Of a DNA stretch of 46,124 nucleotides, positions 38,501-46,124 are shown in pieces. Source of the stretch: Bacteroidota bacterium (lineage in GTDB: Bacteria; Bacteroidota; Bacteroidia; Flavobacteriales_D; JABDKJ01). Each line of letters starts with the position of its first letter. Position 1 is the stretch's first letter. The stretch covers positions 1-46,124 of the forward strand of contig JAJRRH010000108.1 of NCBI GenBank assembly GCA_024279715.1, given 5' to 3'. The position numbers and the translations under genes were made by a program. The notes under the pieces were generated by a model. That model had not been told where the DNA came from and searched no databases. It worked only from the letters and a program-made list of their open reading frames with translations.

Positions 38501-40552
38501 GCAGATTTTCATCAATTTGAATCCAATAACATAACACATTTGATAGGAAATACTCTTGCAGAGGAATATGCATTTCTTACCGGATCTAAAGAACTAAAAT
38601 GCAGTGTCACTGGAAATTCTGTTTCATCACAAAACAGCTCTGAATATCGGATAGATGGTGAATTAATGGAATATGGAGGATGTACCAATACCCCAGCGCT
38701 ACATGTTGCCATTATCGATCCTCTGACACTTGACCCTTGGGAGACAAATTTCCAGGGACAGAATCCAGATCATGATTTTGGTCAGCTGAACCAAGGCTTT
38801 GCACCATGTAGAAGCCGTGCAGAAAGATATTTTATCTTTCGTCCAAATATACCAACACATATGGACTCCTTGCAAAGTCTGCTAAACAATAAAATTCCAG
38901 AAGGTCATTATCTTTTAATCTATACCTGGCGTTATGCTCAGTACTCCCAATGGAATAACAATGCCCCTTGGCTCTTTGACAAATTTGTAGAATTGGGAGC
39001 TACAGAAATTGGGTTGGGCGAAGATCAACGACCTTTTATCTTCTTAACCAAGATAGGCTCGCCAGAGTCTAGCCAAGAAGTGATGGGAGAAACGTCAGAG
39101 GCATATATTGAACTGTATTACGATTTAGAATTATCCGGCGATAATGGACGCATGCGCTCAACCATTATCGGCCCTGCCTACACTTGGGATAGACTATGGT
39201 GGAATAGTCACTCTTTGGAATCTCCTTCCAACGATCAAACATATATTAAACTTAAAGGTATTACTGAAAATGGGGCAGAAGTGGATATCCCATTAGCAGT
39301 TTTTGATGGAGATCAATCCTTGGAGATAAATCTCAATGATTATATTAATCCCAGTACATACCCATACCTCAAACTTCAATCTATATTCAAAGACAGCATC
39401 ACCCAAAGTCCAGCTCAGATAGACGCTTGGCATGTCAATTATGGGGTTGCTCCAGAGACGGCTATCAATCCACAAATTGGTTTCACATTTCATTCAGACA
39501 CACTCTTAGAGGGGGCAACTATGCGTTTCTCTGTCGCCATTGAAAATATTAGCAAGTGGGATATGGACAGTTTGAAAGTGAACTATTGGGTGGAAGATAA
39601 AAATCAGAACATCCACCCTATCCCCTATTCCAGACAAGATTCTTTGCGTGCTGGCGATCACTTGATAGATACTATTTATTTTAATACTACGGGATTTATA
39701 GGCGTTAATAAATTTTGGATAGAAGTGAATCCGTTTAATGATTCGCTCCAACGATTCGATCAAAAAGAGCAATATCACTTCAATAATATTGCGCATATTC
39801 CATTTGTAGTAACAGGAGATAATGTAAATCCAATTCTGGATGTCGTCTTCGATGGTATTCACATATTGGATGGTGAGTTGGTTTCCACCAAGCCATTCAT
39901 TCAAATTTCATTGGACGACGAAAATCCATTTCTATTGATGAACGAACCTTCAGATACCGCATTTTTTAATGTCTTTCTGACTAACCCTGAAGGCATCCAA
40001 AAACGCATCAACTTTGAAGAGAATGATGAGTATAGTCTAGTCTTTATACCTGCCAATGGTTCAAACAATATATCCAAACTAGAGTACAAGCCGAACTTAG
40101 TACTTGATGGACAATACCAACTCCTTGTCATCGCTTCAGACAAAAGTGGTAACGCCTCAGGAGACTTAAACTATACCATTAATTTCACCATCGACCATGA
40201 AAGCTATATATCGGAAGTATTGAACTATCCCAATCCATTTTCTACCAAGACCCAATTTGTATTTACACTTAGCGGAGAGGCTGTACCCGACTATATGAAG
40301 ATACAAATCATGACTATAACTGGGCGAATAGTAAAGACAATCTACAAAGAAGAACTTGGAAATATACGAATCGGAAGAAATATCACGGACTACGCTTGGG
40401 ATGGTAAGGATGATTTTGGAGATCCGTTGGCAAATGGGGTCTATCTCTATCGAGTGACCATAAAATACCAAGGGGAGGATATGGAGTACCGACAGACCAG
40501 TGCTAAGAAATATTTCAAAGAAGGCTTGGGAAAAATGTATCTGATGCGTTAA
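35525..40552 (+). CDS. porU2: C25 family cysteine peptidase with T9SS CTD (putative sortase PorU2)
   Basis: 1675 aa with YGNEWI.Y, IEELYDQYGGG, LFLLGKS, PTGRI, catalytic FFGH and ANSC, and a C-terminal NYPNPF...WDGKD..GD.LANGVYLYR. Confidence 0.88.
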   Translation: MKKASLILTLFLCSLQGFSQSYGNEWIDYSQSYYKMDITEDGIHQIDFNTLVSSGIPIQSIDPRNLQIFAKEKEIPILIYGEEDGIFDEEDIIEFAAFHNDGWLDSLIYINPDGLNNPYYSMFNDTLHYFITWNDELDNERIDIIDDTNFDSYPNVEYIWKESRKMYTNQYWGGAPIGLGILASGYEDTEGWFSSFVGFPWGQITSSYDIPHPNIALGGSIPDVQLKTVSSSRNNPESEGEFNHHLQIELNNSTLIDSLYSGYQLNKFYFNLPVSLFEGESTTLSHKVIDDLNLEADYVVVSWINLRYPHLLTTDDDSELYFEVPNTNNQLHLSLQNVSNTNGVIYTLGANQKKIIPQFTNQQLDAIIENNTNNDSKCLLTYPENIHTINVLTPVTDNAHFTDFGSLVLDSAFVIVTHHKLWSSAQMYADYRANDERESIIVNIEELYDQYGGGIVHHEIAIRRFTNHILNHWDDPPAHLFLLGKSIRNFQCRTNSTNFSNNLVPSFGYPPSDNLITSGLNGTLLEPAIPTGRISAITNDQVEDYLNKVVTFENQEPAEWMKHVMHFGGGSNSNEQLLFANYLNGYTNTIEDSLFGGQVHTFLKNSSLPIEVVLSDSISDRIADGTSIMTFFGHATGSSFDYSIDNPENLEWNGHYPLFIANSCYSGNIHTSSQNSTSEQFTLLPDKGAIGFVSSVHLGFTTGLNSFASELYREISTDSYGKSVGDQIQYSIRDIQGENPSPVIKSTCEGITLQGDPSIVMNAHDKPDISIDNTDINITENELNILVDSIHVHVTLTNIGKATTEEFEVELIRHFPNGQPDSIYSQVIEGLYFKDTISFTLPLDFSHTIGVNTLEVNVDLPSNTLDELDDFGNNTASISILVAEGSVLPGYPYNFSIVGENNITLKASTGNPFDEEKNYRFEIDTSPDYDSPVFQSTVINQSGGVLNWELPFILTDSTVYYWRVSIDSTATEDYQWQESSFQYIEGEEGWSQADFHQFESNNITHLIGNTLAEEYAFLTGSKELKCSVTGNSVSSQNSSEYRIDGELMEYGGCTNTPALHVAIIDPLTLDPWETNFQGQNPDHDFGQLNQGFAPCRSRAERYFIFRPNIPTHMDSLQSLLNNKIPEGHYLLIYTWRYAQYSQWNNNAPWLFDKFVELGATEIGLGEDQRPFIFLTKIGSPESSQEVMGETSEAYIELYYDLELSGDNGRMRSTIIGPAYTWDRLWWNSHSLESPSNDQTYIKLKGITENGAEVDIPLAVFDGDQSLEINLNDYINPSTYPYLKLQSIFKDSITQSPAQIDAWHVNYGVAPETAINPQIGFTFHSDTLLEGATMRFSVAIENISKWDMDSLKVNYWVEDKNQNIHPIPYSRQDSLRAGDHLIDTIYFNTTGFIGVNKFWIEVNPFNDSLQRFDQKEQYHFNNIAHIPFVVTGDNVNPILDVVFDGIHILDGELVSTKPFIQISLDDENPFLLMNEPSDTAFFNVFLTNPEGIQKRINFEENDEYSLVFIPANGSNNISKLEYKPNLVLDGQYQLLVIASDKSGNASGDLNYTINFTIDHESYISEVLNYPNPFSTKTQFVFTLSGEAVPDYMKIQIMTITGRIVKTIYKEELGNIRIGRNITDYAWDGKDDFGDPLANGVYLYRVTIKYQGEDMEYRQTSAKKYFKEGLGKMYLMR

Positions 40553-40571
40553 CCCCTGAAGGTGTATAATA

Positions 40572-41462
40572 TTACCTATTTTCCTTTAAATAAGATTCGA
40601 AATAAATTGAAAATTTGGTGGAACCTTGATAATTCAAATGGTCGAGATCCGAAAAATCTGCTTGATCCAATTTGAAATCCTGAAAGTCCCAAAATTCTAC
40701 ATCTCCAAAATCATTTTTTACAATCTGCTGAAACTGATCTTCTATTTCCCAACCAGCATACAAAGGATGTTGTGGCGTACGGACAAGAATGACTTTCTTG
40801 TTGTTTTCCTTACAAAGGTCAATACATTTTCTAAGGTAGAATAAATTAATGGGTGACAATTCTTCACTGAAATGTTCCGCTTTATCTGGAAACTCCCTGT
40901 AAGCAACGATCAGTGAATCAATTTTGTCTCGCTTGGAATAAACATAACCACCAAGAACATCTTTAAAAGAAAAATCTTGTTTTAATACACGTTCAAAGTT
41001 GCGTCTAAGACTTACAGACAGGCTATTGACATATCCTGAATAATTATTTTTTAATAAAATCATATTATCCTGGTTATCCATAAAAGGAGCAAACTGCGGA
41101 TAACGATTGGTAATATACTTGTCCGCCCAGATCCATTCATCTTTAGTCTCATTTATCTGGTTATTGCTAAATTCTATAAAAACTGTTTGCACCTGTGGGT
41201 TTTGAGTTAGTATCTGTTTTACTTTTTGGTATGTATAGAAATATGCTTCTCCCGAACTTGCAAAGTTTCGGAAATTGGAAATGAGCGTGTCGTTAAATGC
41301 ATGCTCAGGATGCGAATGCCCAAACATAGCGTACTCCGTATCTGCTGATATTCTAAAATCAGCCCTCGATACTACGGAAGACCTAAGAGTGAAAAACAAA
41401 ACACTCGTCAAAGTCAAACTAATAACGATAAATAAAAAAGTATTTTTAAGATATTTCTTCAT
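40572..41462 (-). CDS. SGNH/GDSL-like membrane-anchored protein (putative O-acyltransferase partner of MBOAT)
   Basis: N-terminal TM, block I-like FGHSH and C-terminal DLDHLN (DxxH). Start corrected to MKKYLK, right after the MBOAT stop. Confidence 0.75.
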   Translation of the reverse strand: MKKYLKNTFLFIVISLTLTSVLFFTLRSSVVSRADFRISADTEYAMFGHSHPEHAFNDTLISNFRNFASSGEAYFYTYQKVKQILTQNPQVQTVFIEFSNNQINETKDEWIWADKYITNRYPQFAPFMDNQDNMILLKNNYSGYVNSLSVSLRRNFERVLKQDFSFKDVLGGYVYSKRDKIDSLIVAYREFPDKAEHFSEELSPINLFYLRKCIDLCKENNKKVILVRTPQHPLYAGWEIEDQFQQIVKNDFGDVEFWDFQDFKLDQADFSDLDHLNYQGSTKFSIYFESYLKENR

Positions 41463-41464
41463 CC

Positions 41465-42901
41465 TTAAAACTGAAAGTAAATAAATGTCTGTTGCTTGCC
41501 TTGAAAAATTATCACAAGTATAAGAAGCAGGGTATATATCGTCCATCTAATCATCTGGCTCCAGGAAGATGGGAAATTCTCCAAAGCAAATTTATTTTCT
41601 CTTCCGAACCACTCTATTATGACAAAAATAGCGATAAGAAATATAACGATACTAGGTCTGACTTCTGGTATAGAAAATGTAGATCTGGAGAAAATTTCAC
41701 GAAGGTAGTCTATCGCCTGACCCATCGTATTTGCCCTGAAAAACACCCATGCGATTACAGTAATGAAAAATGTAGACCCCATCTGAAATAGTTCTTCGAT
41801 AGAAGGCAAGTATTTCCCTTCAGCAACAGTGCCAATATTGGCTCGATTCTTACCCATAAGCAGAAGAGGTAAAAAGTATATTGCATTCAATGCACCCCAC
41901 ACGATAAATGTCCAGTTGGCACCATGCCAGAATCCGCTGACTAGAAATATTATAAAGGTATTTCTCAATTTCATCCCAAGACCACCCCTACTACCTCCAA
42001 GTGGTATATAGAGATAATCACGAAACCATGTTGAAAGTGAAATATGCCAACGTCGCCAAAATTCGGCAATATCACGAGAAAAATATGGGAAGGCAAAATT
42101 CTGCATCAGATCAAAACCAAACAAACGGGCAGTTCCGATAGCAATATCTGAATATCCAGAGAAATCTCCGTAAATCTGAAAAGTGAAAAATAAAGCGCCC
42201 AATAAGAGGGTGCTACCCCCATAATCACCATAGTTATTAAAAATAATATTGGCGTACTCGGCACAGCTATCTGCGATAACTACTTTTTTAACTAATCCCC
42301 ACAATATCTGTCGCATACCATTGACCGCTAGGGAGTAGTCGAAATTTCTGGATTTATCGAACTGCGGAAGGAGATGTGTAGCACGCTCAATCGGACCTGC
42401 GACTAACTGTGGAAAGAAACTTACAAAGGCAGAAAATACAACAAAGTCGTCGGTAGCTTTTAGTTTACGCCTATACACATCTATTGTATAACTCAACGTT
42501 TGAAACGTATAGAAACTAATCCCCACAGGAAGTATAATATTTAGCCTCTTCGCATCAATCGTCTGCCCAAAGAAGCTAAAAGCATCTACAAAATTATCTA
42601 AAAAGAAATTGTAATATTTAAAGAATCCAAGCAACCCAAGATTGACTATTATGCTTATCCAAAGTAGTGTTTTGCGCTTGGAATCACTATCCTCTCGCTC
42701 TAAATTACGGCCTATCGTATAGTCCACTATGGTACTAAAGAGTATTAACCCTAGGAATCTCCAATCCCACCATCCGTAAAAAAGATAACTGGCTAAAACA
42801 ATCAATACATTTTGCGCACGATAACTCTTCCCAAAGGCAAACCAGTAGAGTAGAAAAACTACTGGCAAGAATATGGCAAAATCTATAGAATTAAATAACA
42901 T
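41465..42901 (-). CDS. MBOAT family O-acyltransferase (AlgI/DltB-like)
   Basis: MLFNS..F, LPVGISFYTFQ, FFPQLVAGPIER, DFSGYSDIAIG, FWRRWHISLS and GFWHGA. Confidence 0.96.
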   Translation of the reverse strand: MLFNSIDFAIFLPVVFLLYWFAFGKSYRAQNVLIVLASYLFYGWWDWRFLGLILFSTIVDYTIGRNLEREDSDSKRKTLLWISIIVNLGLLGFFKYYNFFLDNFVDAFSFFGQTIDAKRLNIILPVGISFYTFQTLSYTIDVYRRKLKATDDFVVFSAFVSFFPQLVAGPIERATHLLPQFDKSRNFDYSLAVNGMRQILWGLVKKVVIADSCAEYANIIFNNYGDYGGSTLLLGALFFTFQIYGDFSGYSDIAIGTARLFGFDLMQNFAFPYFSRDIAEFWRRWHISLSTWFRDYLYIPLGGSRGGLGMKLRNTFIIFLVSGFWHGANWTFIVWGALNAIYFLPLLLMGKNRANIGTVAEGKYLPSIEELFQMGSTFFITVIAWVFFRANTMGQAIDYLREIFSRSTFSIPEVRPSIVIFLIAIFVIIEWFGRENKFALENFPSSWSQMIRWTIYTLLLILVIIFQGKQQTFIYFQF

Positions 42902-43144
42902 GGGTTATTATCAAAATTAATGCAGCAATCTATGTTATTATTTCGCCACTGCAATGATAATTCAAAATTAGTTCAAAATACCTTGTGTTGAAAGTAATTT
43001 ATAGGGTTTTATTGATTCGCTGTATCGCACGGTCTTACTGATTACCAACGCAAATACAGTTATACCTTACTAATTCATGAGAAGCTTTTTATGTCCCGCA
43101 TAACCTTCATTTGAATAATAAAAAAACTACTTTTGCTATACGGG

Positions 43145-43867
43145 ATGAAAAGAATTACCATAAATACCACTCAGAATGTAAAAATAGAGTATGATCTAGC
43201 TGGCGTGGGTGATCGGGCTTTGGCTTGGTTTATTGATCAGGTTGTCATGTGGCTATCAATCATGCTATTAGCATTCCTGTTTGCCGATTTATTTATGGAG
43301 GAAGAATTGTTTTTCATATATTTTGTAGCCCCAATCATTCTGTTCTATACCCTAGTCATGGAAGTATTAAACAATGGTCAGACTTTAGGAAAAATGGCGT
43401 TAGGGCTAAAAGTAGTTCGTATGGATGGCAAACATCCAGAATTTTTAGACTTTATCATTAGGTGGTCTTTTCGTATGGTGGACATCTGGTTTACCGCTGG
43501 TTCTTTGGCTGCTATTTACGTCAATTCAACGGACAGGTCACAACGACTTGGCGGCATTGTGTCCAATACGGCAGTTATCCGGATATCTTCTCGTGGAGGC
43601 TTCAAATTAAAAAAACTTACAGAAATTGAGACTCTAGAAAATTATGATCTGACTTACCCTAAAGTGGTATCTTTTTTCACTGAAAACGATATGATTCTTA
43701 TCAAAAAAGTCATCGAACGATACAATAGATCACCCAATGAAGCGCATAAAAAAGCGATTAAAGAGGCGGTAAAAAGAGTAGAATCCGTGATGGGTGTGAC
43801 GAATAAAAAACCACAACTTGTCTTTCTACGTACAGTATTGAAGGATTACATCATTCTATCTAGATAA
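43145..43867 (+). CDS. RDD family protein
   Basis: I.TTQNV.IEY.LA..GDR.LA..ID, GQTLGK and QRLG. Start corrected to ATG 43145 because TACTTTTG (43128-43135) overlaps the track's TTG. Confidence 0.92.
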   Translation: MKRITINTTQNVKIEYDLAGVGDRALAWFIDQVVMWLSIMLLAFLFADLFMEEELFFIYFVAPIILFYTLVMEVLNNGQTLGKMALGLKVVRMDGKHPEFLDFIIRWSFRMVDIWFTAGSLAAIYVNSTDRSQRLGGIVSNTAVIRISSRGGFKLKKLTEIETLENYDLTYPKVVSFFTENDMILIKKVIERYNRSPNEAHKKAIKEAVKRVESVMGVTNKKPQLVFLRTVLKDYIILSR

Positions 43868-43879
43868 TCTGCCGCTATC

Positions 43880-44344
43880 ATGATCCCACAAGACAGAGAA
43901 GAAAAGTGGAATAAGATTCTTTTCTTTTGCAATTATCGTGAACGCTGTGAGAAAGAGGTTTTAAAAAAAATACAATCTCTTGAACTACCCCCGTTGATAG
44001 AAGAAGAATTCATGGACGATCTCATAAGACTTAAAATGGTTGATAATCTGCGATTTGCAAAGGCTTTTGCAAGTGGTAAATTTAAACTGAAACACTGGGG
44101 TAAAAACAAAATCAGACAAGCATTAATGATGAATAACATTCAATCAAGTCATATAGGTAAAGCCCTTAGTGACATCAACATGGATGAGTATCTAAAGGAG
44201 ATGGATCGACTTATATCACAAAAGCAAAGACATCTAAAAGGCAAGACACCGCAAGAACGTAATGCCAAAATTTATCGTTTTTTGTACTACAAAGGATATG
44301 AAGCTGAATTGATTCATCAACGCTTAGGGAACATGGATGATTGA
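43880..44344 (+). CDS. recX: Regulatory protein RecX
   Basis: FCNYRERC..EV, D..RFA.AF..GKF....WGK.KI and FL.YKGYE. Confidence 0.9.
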   Translation: MIPQDREEKWNKILFFCNYRERCEKEVLKKIQSLELPPLIEEEFMDDLIRLKMVDNLRFAKAFASGKFKLKHWGKNKIRQALMMNNIQSSHIGKALSDINMDEYLKEMDRLISQKQRHLKGKTPQERNAKIYRFLYYKGYEAELIHQRLGNMDD

Positions 44345-44441
44345 CTTTTATTTGTTTGAGATTCGTGTTTATCCAAGAATTAATCTTCTATACAACACGC
44401 TCTACTTTTCTTGCTTCTGCTCTTGCTCGTATCTCACGCCA

Positions 44442-45776
44442 CTATATCACCCCTCTAGATTTTAATTCTAAGTACTTATTGATGGTGTCCATCGAGAGAT
44501 CTTCAGGTGTGGTAAGAACAGTTTGAATCTTAGCTTGCCTTAATCTGCTCACAATCATCTCCTTTTCGTGGCTTAGTTTTTTAGCAATCGTCTGCTGATA
44601 CACTTCCCGCAAGTTGTTGGGATCTTTCAAGGAGTATTCCTCTATTTCAGTGTTGCGGAAGAAGACCACGACGAGTAAATGTCTTTTATTTATTCTTCGT
44701 AAAATCGACAAGGCTCTTTCTAGAGCATACATACTCTCGAAATTAATAAACAGAAATAACAAGGCCCTAGTGGTTGCAATTGACGTAAGACTTCTATAAA
44801 GCAGTTCATAATTAGCTTCCGTATCCCTTTCTGATTCATTATATAGTGATCGGATGATCTTCTTCAATTGCATCTTCTTTCTCGAAGCTTTTAGCGTTGT
44901 CCCAATTTTATCCGAGAAGGTAATCAAACCCATTTTATCGTACTTCAGCAAGGCGATATTTGAAATCGCAAGCGATGTGTTCACAGCATAATCTAATAAA
45001 CTCATGCCATGAAACGGCATCATCATCTCCCGACTTTTACAAATTACAGCATAGATGGGTTGCGAACGTTCTGTCTCATAAAGATTCACCATCAGCTGAT
45101 TGCTTTTACTTGTAGCTTTCCAATTGATGTGTCGAATATCATCTCCTTGTACGTACGTTTTTATTTTTTCAAACTCATAACTAGCACCTATTCGTCTTAG
45201 TTTTTTTAATCCACTCATAGTAGCAATTCTAGAAAAAGCGATTAACTCAAAACTTTTCATTTGCATGATAGAAGGATACACAGATACCTCCTTTTTTGCT
45301 TCAATTTGAATCTTACGTTTGAATATTTTCAAAAAAGACTCCACAAAAAACAGAAGATTTCCAAAAGAATAAAGCCCTCGTGTAGTGGGTCGGAGGGTAT
45401 AGTCAATGGACTTCTGTTCCTCAGCATCAAGGGTTATTTTAAACGCAAGATCACGGGTTTGAAATTGTGGTGCAAGCTCATCAATGATGGTGATTTCTAA
45501 TTTAGCTGGAGTAGGATTACTCACACGGATAGTAATTGGGTTTTCATCTCCCAGAGACATCGTTTCTGGAATGATTCTTTCTGCCGACAGGGTTACTTCA
45601 TTATTAAAAAGTGTCACCAAATCAGCAATCATTAGAATAACCAGAATAGCCAACATAGCTTGTGCTATTGGAAATAAAAACGAAAACGAAAAACTCAAAG
45701 AAAAGCACAATACAACAAGGCCCGCATAGAGTAAAAAACGTTCTCCAATATATATATCCTTTATCTTTTGAATCAT
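44442..45776 (-). CDS. DUF58 domain protein (MoxR-associated)
   Basis: N-terminal TMs, RGLY.FG, VYPS, EFEKIK.YV.GDD.R.INWKAT and a VWA-like C-terminal half. Confidence 0.92.
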   Translation of the reverse strand: MIQKIKDIYIGERFLLYAGLVVLCFSLSFSFSFLFPIAQAMLAILVILMIADLVTLFNNEVTLSAERIIPETMSLGDENPITIRVSNPTPAKLEITIIDELAPQFQTRDLAFKITLDAEEQKSIDYTLRPTTRGLYSFGNLLFFVESFLKIFKRKIQIEAKKEVSVYPSIMQMKSFELIAFSRIATMSGLKKLRRIGASYEFEKIKTYVQGDDIRHINWKATSKSNQLMVNLYETERSQPIYAVICKSREMMMPFHGMSLLDYAVNTSLAISNIALLKYDKMGLITFSDKIGTTLKASRKKMQLKKIIRSLYNESERDTEANYELLYRSLTSIATTRALLFLFINFESMYALERALSILRRINKRHLLVVVFFRNTEIEEYSLKDPNNLREVYQQTIAKKLSHEKEMIVSRLRQAKIQTVLTTPEDLSMDTINKYLELKSRGVI

Positions 45777-46124
45777 CTAGGCACGGTGATATCTTCTATC
45801 ATTTCTTTGATTACATCTTCCGCCTCTTGTCCTTCCATTTCACGCTCGTGTGACAAAATTATTCGATGATTGAGTACAGCTGGCGTAACAAATTTCACAT
45901 CGTCTGGGGTCACAAATGCTCTTCCATTGATCATCGCAAATGCTTTTGAAGCTTTTAAAATAGAGAGAGAAGCACGAGGAGATGCCCCCAAATATAAGTC
46001 AGGATTTTTTCTTGTACTCACTACAATTTTTGCAATATAATTAATCAGTTCCTCCTTGATATAAATACTCTCAATAATTTCTTGACATTTTTTCAATTCT
46101 TGAATATCCAATATTGGTTGCACC
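45773..46124 (-). CDS. moxR: MoxR family AAA+ ATPase, C-terminal part (truncated by the window)
   Basis: LGASPRAS, GRAFVTPDDVK, VLNHRI and a terminal VPR; overlaps the DUF58 start. Confidence 0.92.
   Translation of the reverse strand, partial: VQPILDIQELKKCQEIIESIYIKEELINYIAKIVVSTRKNPDLYLGASPRASLSILKASKAFAMINGRAFVTPDDVKFVTPAVLNHRIILSHEREMEGQEAEDVIKEMIEDITVPR

Noticed and set aside
44345..44441. Weak purine-rich short repeats and imperfect hairpins between recX and DUF58; 61-aa ORF 44341-44526
   Set aside because: Too degenerate to call, and the ORF overlaps DUF58 antisense.
3554..45853. Numerous antisense or overlapping ORFs in the track (e.g. 9224-9823, 8313-8702, 25864-26274, 39506-39904)
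   Set aside because: Shadow frames of well-conserved genes, with no motifs or independent expression signals.

Overview
Chromosomal segment of a Bacteroidota bacterium, probably Flavobacteriales. The assignment rests on T9SS genes, TAnnTTTG promoters, A-rich start regions and gene order. Most of the window is housekeeping or conserved neighbourhood: alaS; a MarR-led fadN-fadA-fadE beta-oxidation operon; YceI; an orphan propeller/HisKA_2 sensor kinase; fabD; ald; tsaE; an S9 peptidase; dut-TPR-DUF4292-M23; tatA (missed by the ORF track)-gatA-mltD-DUF4837; pssA-purS-lemA-DUF3137-rhodanese; porV2-porU2; an MBOAT/SGNH pair; RDD-recX; and DUF58-moxR. I found no rRNA, tRNA, CRISPR array, transposase or integrase. 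Two regions stand out. (1) 30746-31230 is a stand-alone unit encoding a 79-aa protein with an Sm/Hfq-like sequence pattern, followed by a structured non-coding tail with three hairpins, an anti-start-codon single-stranded stretch and a terminator. This is a candidate RNA-chaperone/sRNA module in a phylum that lacks canonical Hfq. (2) 1-3050 holds a T9SS cargo gene disrupted at slippage-prone repeats, a partner gene with a perfect inverted repeat in its signal peptide, and a ~1.9-kb non-coding mosaic. The mosaic contains a 517-bp tandem repeat (about 2.3 copies, ~98% identical) with nested palindromic elements and is bracketed by bipartite direct repeats. All family assignments come from motif recognition by eye; no searches were run.
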